Shown: positions 37,641 through 51,600, counted from the first letter of the stretch. The stretch is DNA of 64,000 bases from Octopus sinensis (GCF_006345805.1 NC_043015.1:12772001-12836000), one strand, 5' to 3'. Made by a program: numbers and translations. Notes: generated from the sequence alone by a model not told the origin.

Positions 37641-39979
37641 ATTCACTGATATATGTGTATGTGCATGTCTATGTGTGTGAGTGTGTTTACACACATAAGC
37701 ATGCATGAATGCACATAAATCTGATGAGCTTTTGTACAGTTGACATCAACAGACTTTCACTTATAATGCTTTGGTTGACTGAAGCTATAGAAGACGCTAC
37801 TTGCCTAAAGACCCAACCACACTGTTAAATCAAAATTAAAACTGTTTGCACAACAGATTCCTTACCACATGGCTTTTCATGAATGAGGGTTCCATTTGTT
37901 TCAAAGAAAAGAACTACTTATGCACTGTATTTCAGCAAAAGAGGTCAAGTATATTAAAGACACTTGTAATTTTAATGTAAGCTTTTAGTACATTCAGTGT
38001 AACACTGTGTAAAATATTGGATTAAGGAACTGGATATATAATTCTAATCTTTATGAGTATTGGATTGGTTAATAGATATAGTAATTTTGAAGCAGAAAAT
38101 GAACAAATTATATAATATCTCAACAATAAAAGCAACATTTCTCTCTTTCTTCCCTTCTCACCATTACACCTTTTACCACATCAAATATATTTGCGGATAT
38201 TTAATATCCAGTTGTGGTAGATGTACTTTTTTAACAATTAGAACTGCTTTAATAATAGAATTGCTCCGACAATATTTGTTAAACAAATATCACAGTTTCC
38301 AAATCTTACTGTCTTAAAAAGCTTGGATCAAACTTGTTTCCAGGCTTCTAATTTTTAATTTACTGAGTATATAAGAGTGAATACCAGATTAATTAAAATG
38401 AGGCATTTAATGAAGTGCTATTTCCATTTCTCACCGTAAATCAATTTATGAAAAAAAGTGATTGGAATTCCTTTACCCTAACACTAATCTCAAATTTAAA
38501 AAAGCATAGCTTCAAAAAAACAAATAATTATCACAATCCGAGTCAATAAGACTTCAGATGAGTCATAGAAAATGAAACCAAAAATTGATTTCAAGTTCTT
38601 CACGTAATGGTAACTAGTAACTTGAGAGCAAGACACTCGCTTAACAAAAGATAATTTATATCCTAACTATTGCTATAAATGTTTACTGGAGTGTGAAGTA
38701 AAAGCTGTCAGAAACACAAGTAATGTTATAATGCATCCCATCACCTTACACATTTCCAACAGCCAAAGAGAAAAACGTTCAATAGTGTTTAGGCAACAGA
38801 CAGTAAATACAGTTTTATAGTAAAAAAACAAAAACAAATCAAGAGTTATTCAACTTCTCTCCTTCACTCTCACTTTGTGTGTGTGTGTGTGTGTACCCTT
38901 AAGGGTGAAGAGTTGTACAACTTAGAATGATGCGTTAGTAGTTGGTTACATAGAAATCTACTGGTTTTATGAGTCATATGTATAAGCCAATTCTAATAGA
39001 AATGTGAATGTATATAAAACAAAGATGTCTCTTTGTATGTGCTCATTTACAAATATGCCAACATCTCCAACTCTATTTCAATTAAAGGAAGGTTTAAGCT
39101 AAATTAAATATAAACTTCCCAAAGTTTCTGTTTACCAAAATAGTAATAAATAAACCTGATAATTTTTCTTATATTTTTACAATATGTAGGATTATCAGCA
39201 TACGTCTTTTTTTATACAATTACAACTGAAAGTTGATGATAAAATTGTTTCAAAGATATTTAGAAAGATTTTATACTCTTACAATTAGCAGACAGAATAA
39301 ACTCACTCAATGCTAGATTGAACAGTACATTGGATTATAAAGTTTAGCTAATTTTTTTCCTGGCTTTGATAGCAATAAAATAATAATAGTATGGTCTGAA
39401 TATATTAGAGTATGGACTGAATTCATTTAAGCATGGCTGATGAGGTGAAAATATATGTCACTTAAGTATTCAGTTGCCGCAGCTTTGAGTAACAAAAACT
39501 GGAACTTAATGCTCTTAATCAATAGTGGTGTGGATTAGGAGCTCCAAACAAAGGCAAAAAATAAAAATCTCCAAATGAAAGCAAAAAATAAAAAATCTAT
39601 TTTCAGGGTGACTGACAATGAGCAATCGAAGCTGTATGGCTCAGAGTTCATATATCAATGACTCTTGGTCTTGAAGTCATAGACCCTTATATATATATTG
39701 CTGCTGTTATTATTATTATAAAAGCAGTGAGCTGGCAGAATCATTAGTGCACTAGACAAAATGCTTTGTAGTATTTCTTCCAGCTTTATGTTCTGGGTTC
39801 AAATGTTGCCATGTGATTAACTAGCCCCTCCACACAAATTTTTAGTCCTTATGCCTATAGTGGAAAGCATTATTATTATTATTTAGCAGAATCATTTTCT
39901 TCCATCCTTCTGGGATGAAATTTAAATTATTTACATTATTTATAATTGACAGATATTTGTCCTCATCTTGTTTGTTGTT

Positions 39980-40025
39980 AACACAATGTTTCGGCTGATA
40001 CACCCTCCAGCCTTCATCAGGTGTC
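39980..40025 (-). ncRNA. Hammerhead motif (stem III mismatch)
   Basis: Reverse complement GACAC CTGATGA A GGCTG..CAGCC GAAA CA TT GTGTT. Confidence 0.58.
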
Positions 40026-40077
40026 CTGGAGAAATTTCGAACCTGGGTTCTCATTCCTAAGGTATTTTTCAACATTG

Positions 40078-40113
<36 letters not shown>

Positions 40114-40284
40114 TCACAGCCTGGAATTGAACCCAGAATCTTGGGGTTAGTAGCCCTCGCCCTTAACTCCAAGATTCCGAGTTCAATTCCAGGCAGTGAC
40201 CTGAATAATAATAATGATAATAATAATAACAACAGCATCGAAAAATACCTTAGGAATGAGAACCCAGGTTCGAAATTTCCCCAA

Positions 40285-40330
40285 GACACCTGATGAAGGC
40301 TGGAGGGTGTATCAGCCGAAATGTTGTGTT
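40285..40330 (+). ncRNA. Minimal type I hammerhead ribozyme motif (best-preserved copy)
   Basis: GACAC CTGATGA A GGCTG gagggtgtat CAGCC GAAA TG TT GTGTT; core boxes intact; stem III palindrome AATGTT with U-G wobble; predicted GUU triplet. Confidence 0.65.
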
Positions 40331-40699
40331 AACAACAAACAAGATGACAAATATCCGTCAATTGTAAATAATGTACATAATTCCTCATCTCTTAAACATA
40401 GAACTGAAGTATGAAATTTGATTTAATTAGTAACTATAATCACTACTGTTATCTTGTACATATGCATACTCTATCCTTCTGAAGCCATTCTGTACACTAA
40501 AGTTATACATTTATTTATAAGCCTTTTTTCAAATTGCCCTTGATACTTTTTTCACAAAACAAGGATACATCTTTAGAACACTGTCATATGGATTTCATTT
40601 GAATGGTTTACGTAACAAGTCTTCAAGTATTAACTTTTTCTATTGTGTTTAAAGTGTGTTTGTGGTTTTTAAAGTGATTTGTTAGAGTAACTATTTGAG

Positions 40700-40910
40700 T
40701 TTCTATGAGCAATGAATGCAATTTGTTTTCTGATATGACAGCTTGTAACAGGGTGTCATTCTTTTGTACAGAGCTTGTCAAATTGTAGAGATTTTGAAGA
40801 CAATCTATGGCTGTACAAGACCTCTTCCCCTGTTCTGTTTAGGAATATAAAATAAGGTGTGTTGGCTTTCAGATAAATTTTGAATGTTAATAGCTTCCTT
40901 CTGGTATATT
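40700..40910 (-). pseudogene. Possible R4/Dong-like non-LTR relic
   Basis: LFYIPKQNRGRGLVQ at 40811-40855 resembles the RLYxPRxxGGRGL motif; short and degraded. Confidence 0.35.
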
Positions 40911-41978
40911 TTTGCTTTATTTTTATTGTATCTCTGGTTACTTTTAGTTATCTTTTTATCTTTCACTTATTTCAGTCATTAGATTGCAACCATGCTGGGG
41001 CACAGCTTTGAAGAACTTTAGTCAAACAAATTGCTCAAAGTGCCTATTTTCATTTTAAGCCTGGTATTTATTCTATCAGTCTCCTTTACCAACACAACAC
41101 CAGTTGTCAAGTGTAGTGGAAGGGAGACAGACAGACAGACACACACACACACATGATGAGCTTCTTTCAGTTTCTGTCTACCAAATCCACTCACACGGAT
41201 TTGGTTGGCCCAAGACTATAGAAGAAGACACTTACCCAAAGTGCCATGTAGTGGGAATGAACCCAGAACTATGTGTTCGAGAAGTAAATTTCTTACCATA
41301 AAGTCATGCCTGATCACATCCAAGTTGTGTCGTACTACCAAGAATATCAGGGTAATGACCTTTTCAATTCTATGTTTTGAGTTAAGTTCACTCATTAAAA
41401 TCATCCCATATTTTAAGTATTTATTCATTTATTTTTTTTCTCTAAGTGGTACATTGTGAATGTATACCTCATTATTTCTCTTAGTCTGGTTAAGTTGCAT
41501 TGCTGAGTTCTTTCTGCTCTTATTTTCCATTTCCATACATTTTGAGAATCACATGGCCATCATCAAACACAGTACAACAATAGGTTTAGATATTTTTTTA
41601 TTGATTTTATCTTTTACCTCTGATATGTTCAGAAATTTCTGAGCTGACATGTTAGTAACTATTTCATTTGTAATTAAAGAAGAGAGTGTGATAACAACAA
41701 ATAAATAGACATTAAACTGAAATAAATTATGCCTTCAACTATTAATAACAATAATCTAGCACAAATTAATAACAATTAATTAAATTACACACGTGCAAAA
41801 ACACTTCAGAGTTTTCTCAGTAGTACATGGGCTTTTTATACATTTTCTATCTATTTCTTGTTACAACTTTCTTAGGTGGGGAAAACTTTCATTTCATTTA
41901 CAATGATTAATTTTTTATTCTTCTCACTTTGATTGTACAGACAGAAGGACAGATACGCATGCACGCACGCACGCACGC

Positions 41979-42014
<36 letters not shown>

Positions 42015-42022
42015 AAATGCAC

Positions 42023-42308
42023 AAATAATGGGCTTTTCATATTTATTTATTTGTGCATCACAGACTTACAGCCGTTTCTGATATGAATATCGTGTGCATT
42101 TATAAATCTGTTTACTCAACTGGTTGACTGATTGATTGAAATGACCTTAAATACAATCTGAAGAAGATAGAATTTGTTAAGGTCATTCAACTTTTTCATT
42201 TGACCAATCAACCGATTGAGTAAATGTAGTTATGAATGTGCATAAAATGCATATCAGAAACAGCTGAAAGTCTACGATGCACAAATAAATATGTAAAACA
42301 CATTATTT
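42023..42308. repeat. About 285-bp fold-back (MITE-like) element
   Basis: catatttatttgtgcatc..tttctgatatg..tttactcaa..gaccttaa and ttaaggtc..ttgagtaaa..catatcagaaa..gatgcacaaataaatatg; directly follows a (CA)n tract at about 41955-42011. Confidence 0.8.
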
Positions 42309-42819
42309 ATACCTTTTCTTCTACATCAGTCTGTGGAAACATAACATATTAACAGAGGAGGAATGCAACCATGGATTTACAAAGTTGACTGGTGATGGAC
42401 TTCAACTATAGATTTCGCCTTAGGATTACCTGCAGTTCTATACCAATCAAAAAACCTTTTCTTAGCCTGGTGTATTTGTATTAGCAGAGAGCTTAAGAAG
42501 TATTTTGTCCAGATTGAGAATCCTTCATTAATAATTCGTTATATATATGTATGTGTGTGTGTGTACATAACAAGTAGATACATAGGTGCAGGCAGGTTCA
42601 TGTGGTTAAGAAGCTCCATTCACAACCATGTGATTTTGAGTTTAAGCCTGAAATCACAATCTAGCATCTACTGTAGCCTTTGGAATTTTGTAGACAGAAA
42701 CTGAGTGAAAGTCCATCATGTGTGTGCGTGCATATGTGTGTTTGTGTAGTGGTAGCATTTAAAGACAAGAGTATGCTGATGATTAAAAGTCATTTCCTTT
42801 TATTTAATCACAATTCAAA

Positions 42820-42861
<42 letters not shown>

Positions 42862-42910
42862 AATAAAACGATTTTTTTTTACTCTTTTGAATATGATGCC
42901 ATTAACAATT

Positions 42911-43318
42911 CTCTTTCTCTTTTACTCTTTTACTTGTTTCAGTCATTTGACTGCGGCCATGCTGGAGCACCGCCTTTAGTCGAGCAAATTGACCCCGGGA
43001 CTTATTCTTTGTAAGCCCAGTACTTATTCTATCGGTTTCTTTTGCCGAACCGCTAAGTGACGGGGAGGTAAACACACCAGCATCGGTTGTCAAGCAATGC
43101 TAGGGGGACAAACACAGACACTCAAACACATATACACACATATATATATATATACGACAGGCTTCTTTCAGTTTCCGTCTACCAAATCCACTCACAAGGC
43201 ATTGGTCGGCTCGGGCCTATAGCAGAAGACACTTGCCCAAGATGCCACGCAGTGGGACTGAACCCAGAACCATGTGGTTGGTTAGCAAGCTACTTACCAC
43301 ACAGCCACTCCTGCGCCT
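42911..43318 (-). mobile_element. Young SINE A/B with central (TA)n/(TG)n
   Basis: Head aggcgcaggagtggctgtgtggtaag (A box), gggttcagtccc (B box), gcatcttgggcaagtgtctt (CORE-like), microsatellite, tail gcatggccgcagtcaaatgactgaaacaagtaaaagag. Similar copies at 41040-41310 and 60655-61011. Confidence 0.85.
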
Positions 43319-45439
43319 GTCCAACTTTATTTTATTGTACTTCCTAAATAATATAAATTTCAGCTTCTGCAATCATCAACACTATCAATAATGCAAAATA
43401 GATGATTATGAGTTAATTTACGAACATTTAAATCTTAGAATGTTTTTCATCAAAATGGAATGTGTTCATTAAAGATCAAGATAAGTAAAATTATATAGCA
43501 CTAAGACTTAGTGACCTGAATTTTTTTGAAACAGAACTATAAGTTTGATGGTCATATTATTGGGAATTTCTTCCTATTTTTTAATCACATTATCATACAA
43601 TTTACTTTATTTTCTACATTTCTCTTATTCATTTCTGAAAGTTTCTATCAGATTAAAAAATTTGGAGATTGTGCTGGCTTTTGCAGTATCAAATATTTTG
43701 CTTTTGATGAATTTCTTCATTATTCTTGTGGTATGTTTCAAACTATTATTATACTGAAAAATCCATGACCAGATCAAATTACTCAAGGCATATGAAAGCA
43801 TAGTCTTCTCCAAGATATTCAGAGAGGTTGTACAGTTTATGAAGCTCTTGATTTGATGTATGGACTAAACTCTTGTCTCGACACATATAATTCCAAATTA
43901 TGACATTGACAACATCCTGCTTAAGTACCAGATTCAAGCACTTGTTTATCAGAATTAGACAAACTATATTTTAACTCATTTGCTTATATGATTTTGATTA
44001 GTCTGACAAGGTCCGATTCTAAAACTCCGGAGCAAATGTCAGCATTTCAGAGTAATGTAATGGGTTTTTCCATTATGTGCAGCACATCTTACAAGCCCAA
44101 ACTGATTTAGTTAAGTTTTGATGAAAATGATACCATTCTGCATGTAGTATTTCTTTCTGTCAATAAACATCATTTAAACTATCAATGGCAGCAATTTCCC
44201 TGTTCTTCATTGATAAACAATAACTGTATCAGTCTATCATTCTGACAGAGTTTTCCTTTTTCAGCTGTCTGATTAATGAGCATTAAAATGGCCACCTGAA
44301 GATGACCACAGTATGCTGACCACAGCATGATGAGCAGCAGTTACAGAACAGTTACAAGTTTAGCAGCTACAGCTTAAAAAATCCATTGCAGCTTCTGCAG
44401 TTGGACAATTCTCAGTTGTCTCTGATGAAAAGCATTTTCATTTGCTTATCACAATAAATGTAATCAAATAGTAATTAATAATTTGTCTTCCTGAGATATA
44501 ATGTTAAAAATACTAACATTAAAACATTTTCTTTTTCTAAAATGTTCTTAAATTATGTGACATTAATTTTTGTGGCTTTATTAATGGCTTTTACAATAAA
44601 AATTTTCTTTCTGTTCACATATAATCATAAATGATAAACAAAATGGAAATAATGCTCAAGTATTAGTATACACATGTCTTTAAATTAAGTAATGCTATAA
44701 TGAGCTTATTGCCAAAAAACATAAACATCTATGAAGGTTGTAAACATTGGAAAGAAAAACAAAAACTGGTATTCTTTGAATGAAATCCTTTGTGATGCAT
44801 TTTTTTGAATCATGTTAAAGACACTAAGGAATGCAGTGGACCAGTGACTTGTAACCAACCATATTATTGTTTTTGAACTGTGATATAAAATAATATATAC
44901 CATGTAAATAGACATACACACAGGTACAAATGTGGTAAAGAAGTTAGCTTCCTAACCACATAGTGAATTGGGCATCTGTCTTTTGTTATCCGTTGATCAA
45001 TGTTTAGCAAATGAAATTTGGTAGGTGGAAATGATATAGTAATCCACTATGTGTGTGTGTGTCTGAGTTTATGTATACTGGCATAAATGTTTAATTGAAT
45101 TCAAGTCTGTAAAAAGAGAATAATTTTCTAAAATGTCAAAATTCTCGAAAACATGACTATTTGAGAAACAGTGTTTGATAAAATGAGTACCACACTCAAA
45201 TTGACCAAAACCCTTAATGGCAGTGCCCCAGCACGGTAATTTTTCCATTGGCTGAAACCAGTAAAAGAATAAAAGAAAACAAAATGTGAAGCTTCATCAT
45301 TAGGAGGTAAATAAGAGGAATAATTAGACTGCGTGTTCTTCTTTAAATACTAAACACAACTCCAATAGGCAGCCAAAAATATTCCTAACTGTGACTTATA
45401 TTTGGTGAAATATAATAAAAATAACAAAGATTTTCTGCC

Positions 45440-45690
45440 AATTACATGGAGGCAGTGACACGTGACCAAGACCTTTGGCAATATACCATGCTTCAGAACA
45501 CCTGTTAAGCCAAGTGAGACCATAGTTGTGGCTGATGCTGGTGTTTCACAACTGGCACATGTGCCAGTGGCATGTAAAACGCAACCACTACACTCTTGGA
45601 GTGGTTGGCATAAGGAAGGGCATCCAGCTGTAGAAATCATGCCAAATCAGATTGGAACCTGGTGCAGCACCCCAGATTACCAGTTCTCAG
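45440..45690 (+). mobile_element. Older RTE 3' fragment, interrupted by a family E SINE (about 45700-46010)
   Basis: gacctttggcaatat..gtggttggcataaggaagggcatccagctgtagaaa; the terminus resumes near 46160-46195. Confidence 0.55.
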
Positions 45691-47276
45691 CATGCAAAAC
45701 AGAGCGTGGTTTAGTGGATAGGGTATTTGACTCACGATCACAATGTTGTGAGTTCAATTCCCAGTGATGCATTGTGTCCTTGAGCCAGGCACTTTATTTC
45801 TCATTGCTCCAGTCTACTCAGTTGGCAAAAAAAGAGTTGTACCAGTAACTAAAAGAGCCAGTCTTGTCAAACTGTGTCATGCTGAATCTCCCTAAAATCT
45901 ACATTAAGGTTACACATGTCTATGGATTGCTCAACCACTTGCATGTTAAATTTACGAACAGGCTGTTTGGTTGATTGTATCAACTGAAACAATTGTCATT
46001 GTAACTAACAGAAAGGTGTGTGTGTGTGTGTGTGTGCACAAACTACTTAGACATATTTCTGTCATGCACAAACAGAAAAGTCCAGCAGCTTGGTGGTTCA
46101 AGTCGAGAGTGACATCAACAAGAATACCAAGCTGTAAAATACACCATCAAGAAATCTTGTCCAATCCATGTTAGCACAGAAAAGTGGAAGTTAAAAAGCA
46201 AAATGATATCACACACACACACACTTGTGTGTGTATATTTGCTTCAATCACTGGACTGCACCCATGCTGGGATGATGTTTCCAATCCCTGGTGCATTTTC
46301 CACAGACTGTTTGATTCCATGGAAAGTTTACATTTGCTATGGTTTGTATCATTTGTAGAGAGCTCTTCTTACTGGAATTGTTTCCAAGAAAAGTAGAACT
46401 GTTTCTACTTTCATTCAATGCATTTTGTACTTCTATTTTTAGATACTTATATTCTCACTTTCTTCGAAAGAATCAAAAGGATTGATGTGTCTATGAAGAA
46501 GCACTGCTTCCAATAGGAGCTTTTAATATCATATCAGAATTACTTGATTTATTTCCATGTTAGTTTGTTCTGACATACCCAACAGTATTGTGACATTTTC
46601 AGAGGTTCTTTTTTTCATGCATTTAAAAGTACTTTAATATACTTGTGGATTATTTCAGTCTTATAAAATTAATTTTCTCCACACTATATACAAATTATTA
46701 ACTAAATTCGCCAGTACAGGATCAACAAGTTATACAGTAGCTCTGTCTAACTTATCTGGTTATATATCCATATAGACACTATTGTTATAATTATCTACAT
46801 ACTATAACAGTACTATTGACTTCTGAGTCTTTTTTGTCGTACTCCAAACTATGGAGTGAAATCAAAGAAATCTATTTAGAGTTACAACATTTTTATATTA
46901 TCCATATTATTTATAAGACTGATAAATAGTTTATATAAGTATGATATATATATATATATATGTATGCATGTATGTATAAATAAAGGTGGCTTATTCGCAA
47001 TTTACAATTATAAGGCAGAACTATACACATCAGCATTGCTAGAAGTAAGAGTCAAAACAACTCTTAACCATGTCCATTTGCTATGCTGGCATGGGTTAGA
47101 TGGTTTGACAGGGGGTAGCTAGGCAGAAGACTGCACCAGCCTTCACTCTGTTTTAGCAGGGTTTTTAAGGCTGGATGCCCTTCCTAACACCAACCACTTT
47201 GCAGAGTGGACTGAACACTTTTTATGTGGCATTCACAGTATATATATATCTATATATATCTCCATATCAATCTATA

Positions 47277-47311
<35 letters not shown>

Positions 47312-47659
47312 TTGTATTCTAGTCTTTTATCAAATATTGGTGAGCAGCTGTAATACATTTTCAAGGGTTTAGTCAAGTATATTGACCCTGTAATTATTTT
47401 AAAGTTTAGTGCGTTGTGTGTGTGTGCACACGTGCATGTGCAAACGCACACATACAATGGGCTCCCTACTGTTCCTATTTACTAAATTTCATTCAAATTT
47501 CAGCTTAAGGTTGAGGTAGAAGATACTTGTCCATATGGTTATGAAGCAAACAGTCATGCCTACATCTATAGCTCAGTAGAATGTGAAAATGACACATATT
47601 TGAACAAATTGAGGCTTGTTGACTTCCAAATGTAATTCAAGGAATTTTATAAATGTGAT

Positions 47660-48635
47660 GATCAACATGTGAGTGGATGCAATCATGAGTTATAGTGCTA
47701 GTAGAGTCGATTGGATGAAAGATGACATAGCTGTATTAGACAGAAAAATGAGAAAAACTAACTATACATGAAGTACTAGATCTGAAGGCAAATGTTAGTT
47801 TATACATGAAATGGGAGGACTTATTAGCATTTATGACTATGTGGATAGAGTGCTAAGGTCAATAAGATATTATCTTGCAAAAAAGGTGAAGAACTACTTA
47901 AATATGCTACAATAGAATTAAAATCTGCTGGTGTTGAACTTGAAGAGAAGAATGTATACTAAAAATAGGTTAGTTAGTGAAAGAAAGGCTGTGTTAGAAA
48001 AATGCACTGACAAATACAGTTCCACAGAGATATCAAGAATTTAATACTATTCCAGTAAATAAAGACATTTATTATACCACCTCAATGAAAAGATATTGTC
48101 TCTGTAATGAGTGAGTGGAAAATATTGATCATACTGTAGCAAGTTGTGAAATGTTAACTAAGAAAGAATATGAATATCAAGATAAGGTCTATCTCAATTT
48201 GCATTGGTTGCTTATAAACTATTTGGACATAACACTTCAGATGGGTGGAACAATCATGTACTAGAATGGATCTGAACAAATCTAGTAAACCAAAGATTCT
48301 ACGGAAAAAGGTAACTGAATACTTTACACCAGATATTATTAAACATGACACTGGAAAAAGATGCTGCAATTCCTTTAAACATAAAAATTACAGAAAAGAT
48401 GCAGAAAAATCTCGAAATATGGTATATTGGAAGTAGAAATATCAATAATGTTCAGTGGCAAATGTGAAAGTTATACAAGTTATCACAGGAGTAATAGGTT
48501 TAATCCTGAGAAAGAAAGAAAAAAAAACTAATGCACCACTTGGAATGGTTGGACATCAAGATGGACATGTGAGTGCTTCAAAAACCCACCCTTCTTGCAA
48601 TTGCTCATATTCTTAGAAAAGCATTTATTGTCTGA
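47660..48635 (+). pseudogene. Decayed R4/Dong-like non-LTR retrotransposon (RT end to REL endonuclease)
   Basis: AIMSYSASRVDWMKDDIAVLDRKMRK at about 47679-47756, VKVIQVITGVIG near 48465, and LQKPTLLAIAHILRKAF at 48576-48626 match R4-type motifs as I recall them. Confidence 0.6.
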
Positions 48636-51600
48636 GTCCATTTGTTAAAACTTGATAGCTAATTAGTTTGAACTATATATCGGCATACTTCAGTCATGGC
48701 TCGTACAAGGTATCAGAGCTTATTTTAGTCATGGATCATATAGTATATACAGACACATTTCTGTCAAAGACCACATACCAGGCAATACCTTACTCATCAG
48801 AGCATCTTTAGGGAAACTATCTATAAAAGAATACATCTCATTTGTTCATGTCTTCCCACACATAAACATAACATTTATATTTTCATACACTCACACATGG
48901 TTAAAAAGGATGAAAAGATTGTCATTGTTAAATATCAATTAAACAAACCAAATATAGTTTAAACAAGGTTAAAGTTGAAAGAAATGAAGATAAAATAAGC
49001 AATTATTTTTTCATTCTATAAAACAAGTAAACTATGCAATAAAACACATTTTAAGCTTTCTTTGAGTTTTTTTTATACTTTTACTGGTTTCAGCTACTGG
49101 ACTCTGGCCATGCAGTAGCATCACTTTTGAAGATATATCAATACCCGATAGTGGACTGGTACATATTGTATTAACAACTGCAAGATACAAGGTAAATAAA
49201 CGATTTGGGAAAAATCTAAACACAAATCATAAATAAACAAATACAAGTAGATATTTCATCCTACACTCTACAGATTTTGTAATCCAAGAATAAAGAAAGA
49301 GAGAGCTCGCTGATGAATATTTGAGTTTCTAATTCAGATATCCACCATTTCTACACAAAATCTGCTTTCTACAGTCTACTGAAAAATACTTTTCAGTTGA
49401 TCTTGGTGTAATGCTTATTCACAAGAACTGCAGACTGTTTCTTCTCTAAAAGCAGCAACTAATTCAAACTACAGTTAGGATCCATTGTTAAAATCTAAAG
49501 ATTTGTTCCCAAATTTAAGGAAGTGTTTTCACCTCTTTTAAGAGAGCAAATCTTACTTGCCCAGGACTTGGCATATATATATATACAACTGCAATTACAT
49601 TCAGAGAGTAATGTAGTTTTTCAGCTTTCAGTTAGTTTGGAAGAAATGTTGAAGTAAAAAGATTACCTTCATCAGTTTTTAAAGTTAACTGAACATTATA
49701 TCTGTCTCTCAAAACTTCAACAAACTTACTGACTGTATTATGCATGTTTTAATGATCATCAAAAGAATAGCTCATGAATGAATACATCTAATCTTGTCCA
49801 TATTAAGCTTTTATACTGATTAAGTGTTTGTGGAAATATTAAGAAGTATTGCTTCATTTACTTCATTGTTTCAATTAACAGGGTTTAGGAAAATACAATG
49901 GACAGAAATGCGACAATGCTAATATTGCAATGGAATCAATGTTAAAAATGTTCCTTGGCTAAGTCTTATGTTATCAACCCTGAAAGGATAAAAGACCTCA
50001 GCAGAATTTGAACTCAGAACATGAAAGAGGAATAAAATGCCACTAAGTATTTTGCTTGGTGTGCTAACAATTCTACCTGCTTGCTGCTTTCTTCCCAGAA
50101 TAATATTAGTGTTTCAATTTTATGAAAATAGTCTAAAATGGTCAAAATGGGATGCGATATGAAAGTCATGGGGCATTAAAAGGAGATTGTAAACAATTAT
50201 TTTTTTTAATTATCTTAATCTCTCATTAGAAGACTAATATCAAACACAGCAGTTAGTATGTATGTTATGAGCTAAATTTTACTAAAATTACATCAAAATA
50301 TGACAGAAATGGATTTCAAGCAATCAAACTAAGAAAATATAAAAGCCTTGAGGATTTAAAAGGAAACTATAAAGTACTTGATTGTAGGAGATTTATAAAT
50401 AACAGTTGAAAGTTGAGCATGAGTTTATGTTAAAACCCTAAGGAGATTAAGTAGATCACCTCAATAGATGAAATAATTAATCTCTAAGATGATCAGATTT
50501 TCCATGAAAGTTGAAGCCCCAAACAAAAATGTTTAATCATAATTAGTGCAGAGTCTGGTCTGTAATTTTAATGCAATTAATAGATGGTTGTAGTAAAGAA
50601 ACCATATATTTACTCTTTGTAATTAATTTTGATACATATAAAATAAAAGCTAAAGGTTGTTCATCTATATAACTTCAATAAATTTAAACCAAAAATCTAC
50701 TCTACAGATTAACAATATCATAGCTATACAAATTGACAAACTAAGATAAAGCAAACCATTTATAATAAAAACAAAATGAACCAAAGGAAATCACTCAAGT
50801 AGGTGAATGGAAGGAATTTAGATAAGGAGTGATGTACTAAATGACATGTGAAAAAAAAAAGTAGAGAGAGAGAGAAAAAGAAAAAAAATATCTCAGTTAA
50901 TTGAAATTTGTTCAGTTAAGCATGTGAAATTAATTATTAATTTCTTGAAATTATCTCCCTTTTCTTTGAGAGTTGCTAACAAATAACACAAGGTTTTTGT
51001 TTTCTTTCTCCAACTAAAAGGGAGGTGTCAATTATTGAGAATTTCATCCATAATCAATTAGATGCCTTGAAATGCAGTTTCCATAATTGTGTAAAAGAAT
51101 AAATATAAAGTAACAGTTAAGAATATTGATTAAGTAATATTTAATAATGTATTAGCAGTTGGATAACTATTTTGCTTTGATATAGAGAATGAATGAAAAT
51201 AAATGTGGATATTTCAGTTAAGACATGATGCCATTAGCAAAATAGAGTTAGATATCTTTTTCAGAGTTAGCAGGAAATAAACTTATCAATGATACAATAT
51301 CTCCATTATTTACACTGAAGACCAGTACATCCACATAATACACAGTTGGAAAGACTTGAAATAAAGTCTGATTCTTTGGGTCTCTATAAATACTCCCAAT
51401 GTATAGAGTTAAGTATGGTGCCTTGTTGAATTGAACTTCATATTATTATTCAGTATTTATTTGCATAAAGTTTATGTTTCACTGTAGTATTTGAAAATTA
51501 TTTACTGCCTGTATCCTAAGTGACAGCTTACTGTCATTCATGTAATTGATTGTCCTAGGAGACTGAAGCCATCCAGTCTTATCAAACAGTGTCATAAATA

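Larger units (their letters stand above)
39910..40405 (+). mobile_element. Fold-back element with two hammerhead motifs and central head-to-head tRNA-like segments, copy 2
   Basis: Near-symmetric inverted repeat centred at about 40156; each arm reads tRNA-like segment, (AAT)n, linker, hammerhead, A-rich end. Confidence 0.8.

Noticed and set aside
40110-40200. Functional tRNA gene
   Set aside because: Only the D-loop 3' part, anticodon arm (ACT) and T arm are present; there is no acceptor stem 5' strand, and it is duplicated head-to-head.
44315-44345. CTGAAGATGACCAC resembling a PLE/hammerhead start
   Set aside because: No complementary stem II strand or GAAA box follows.
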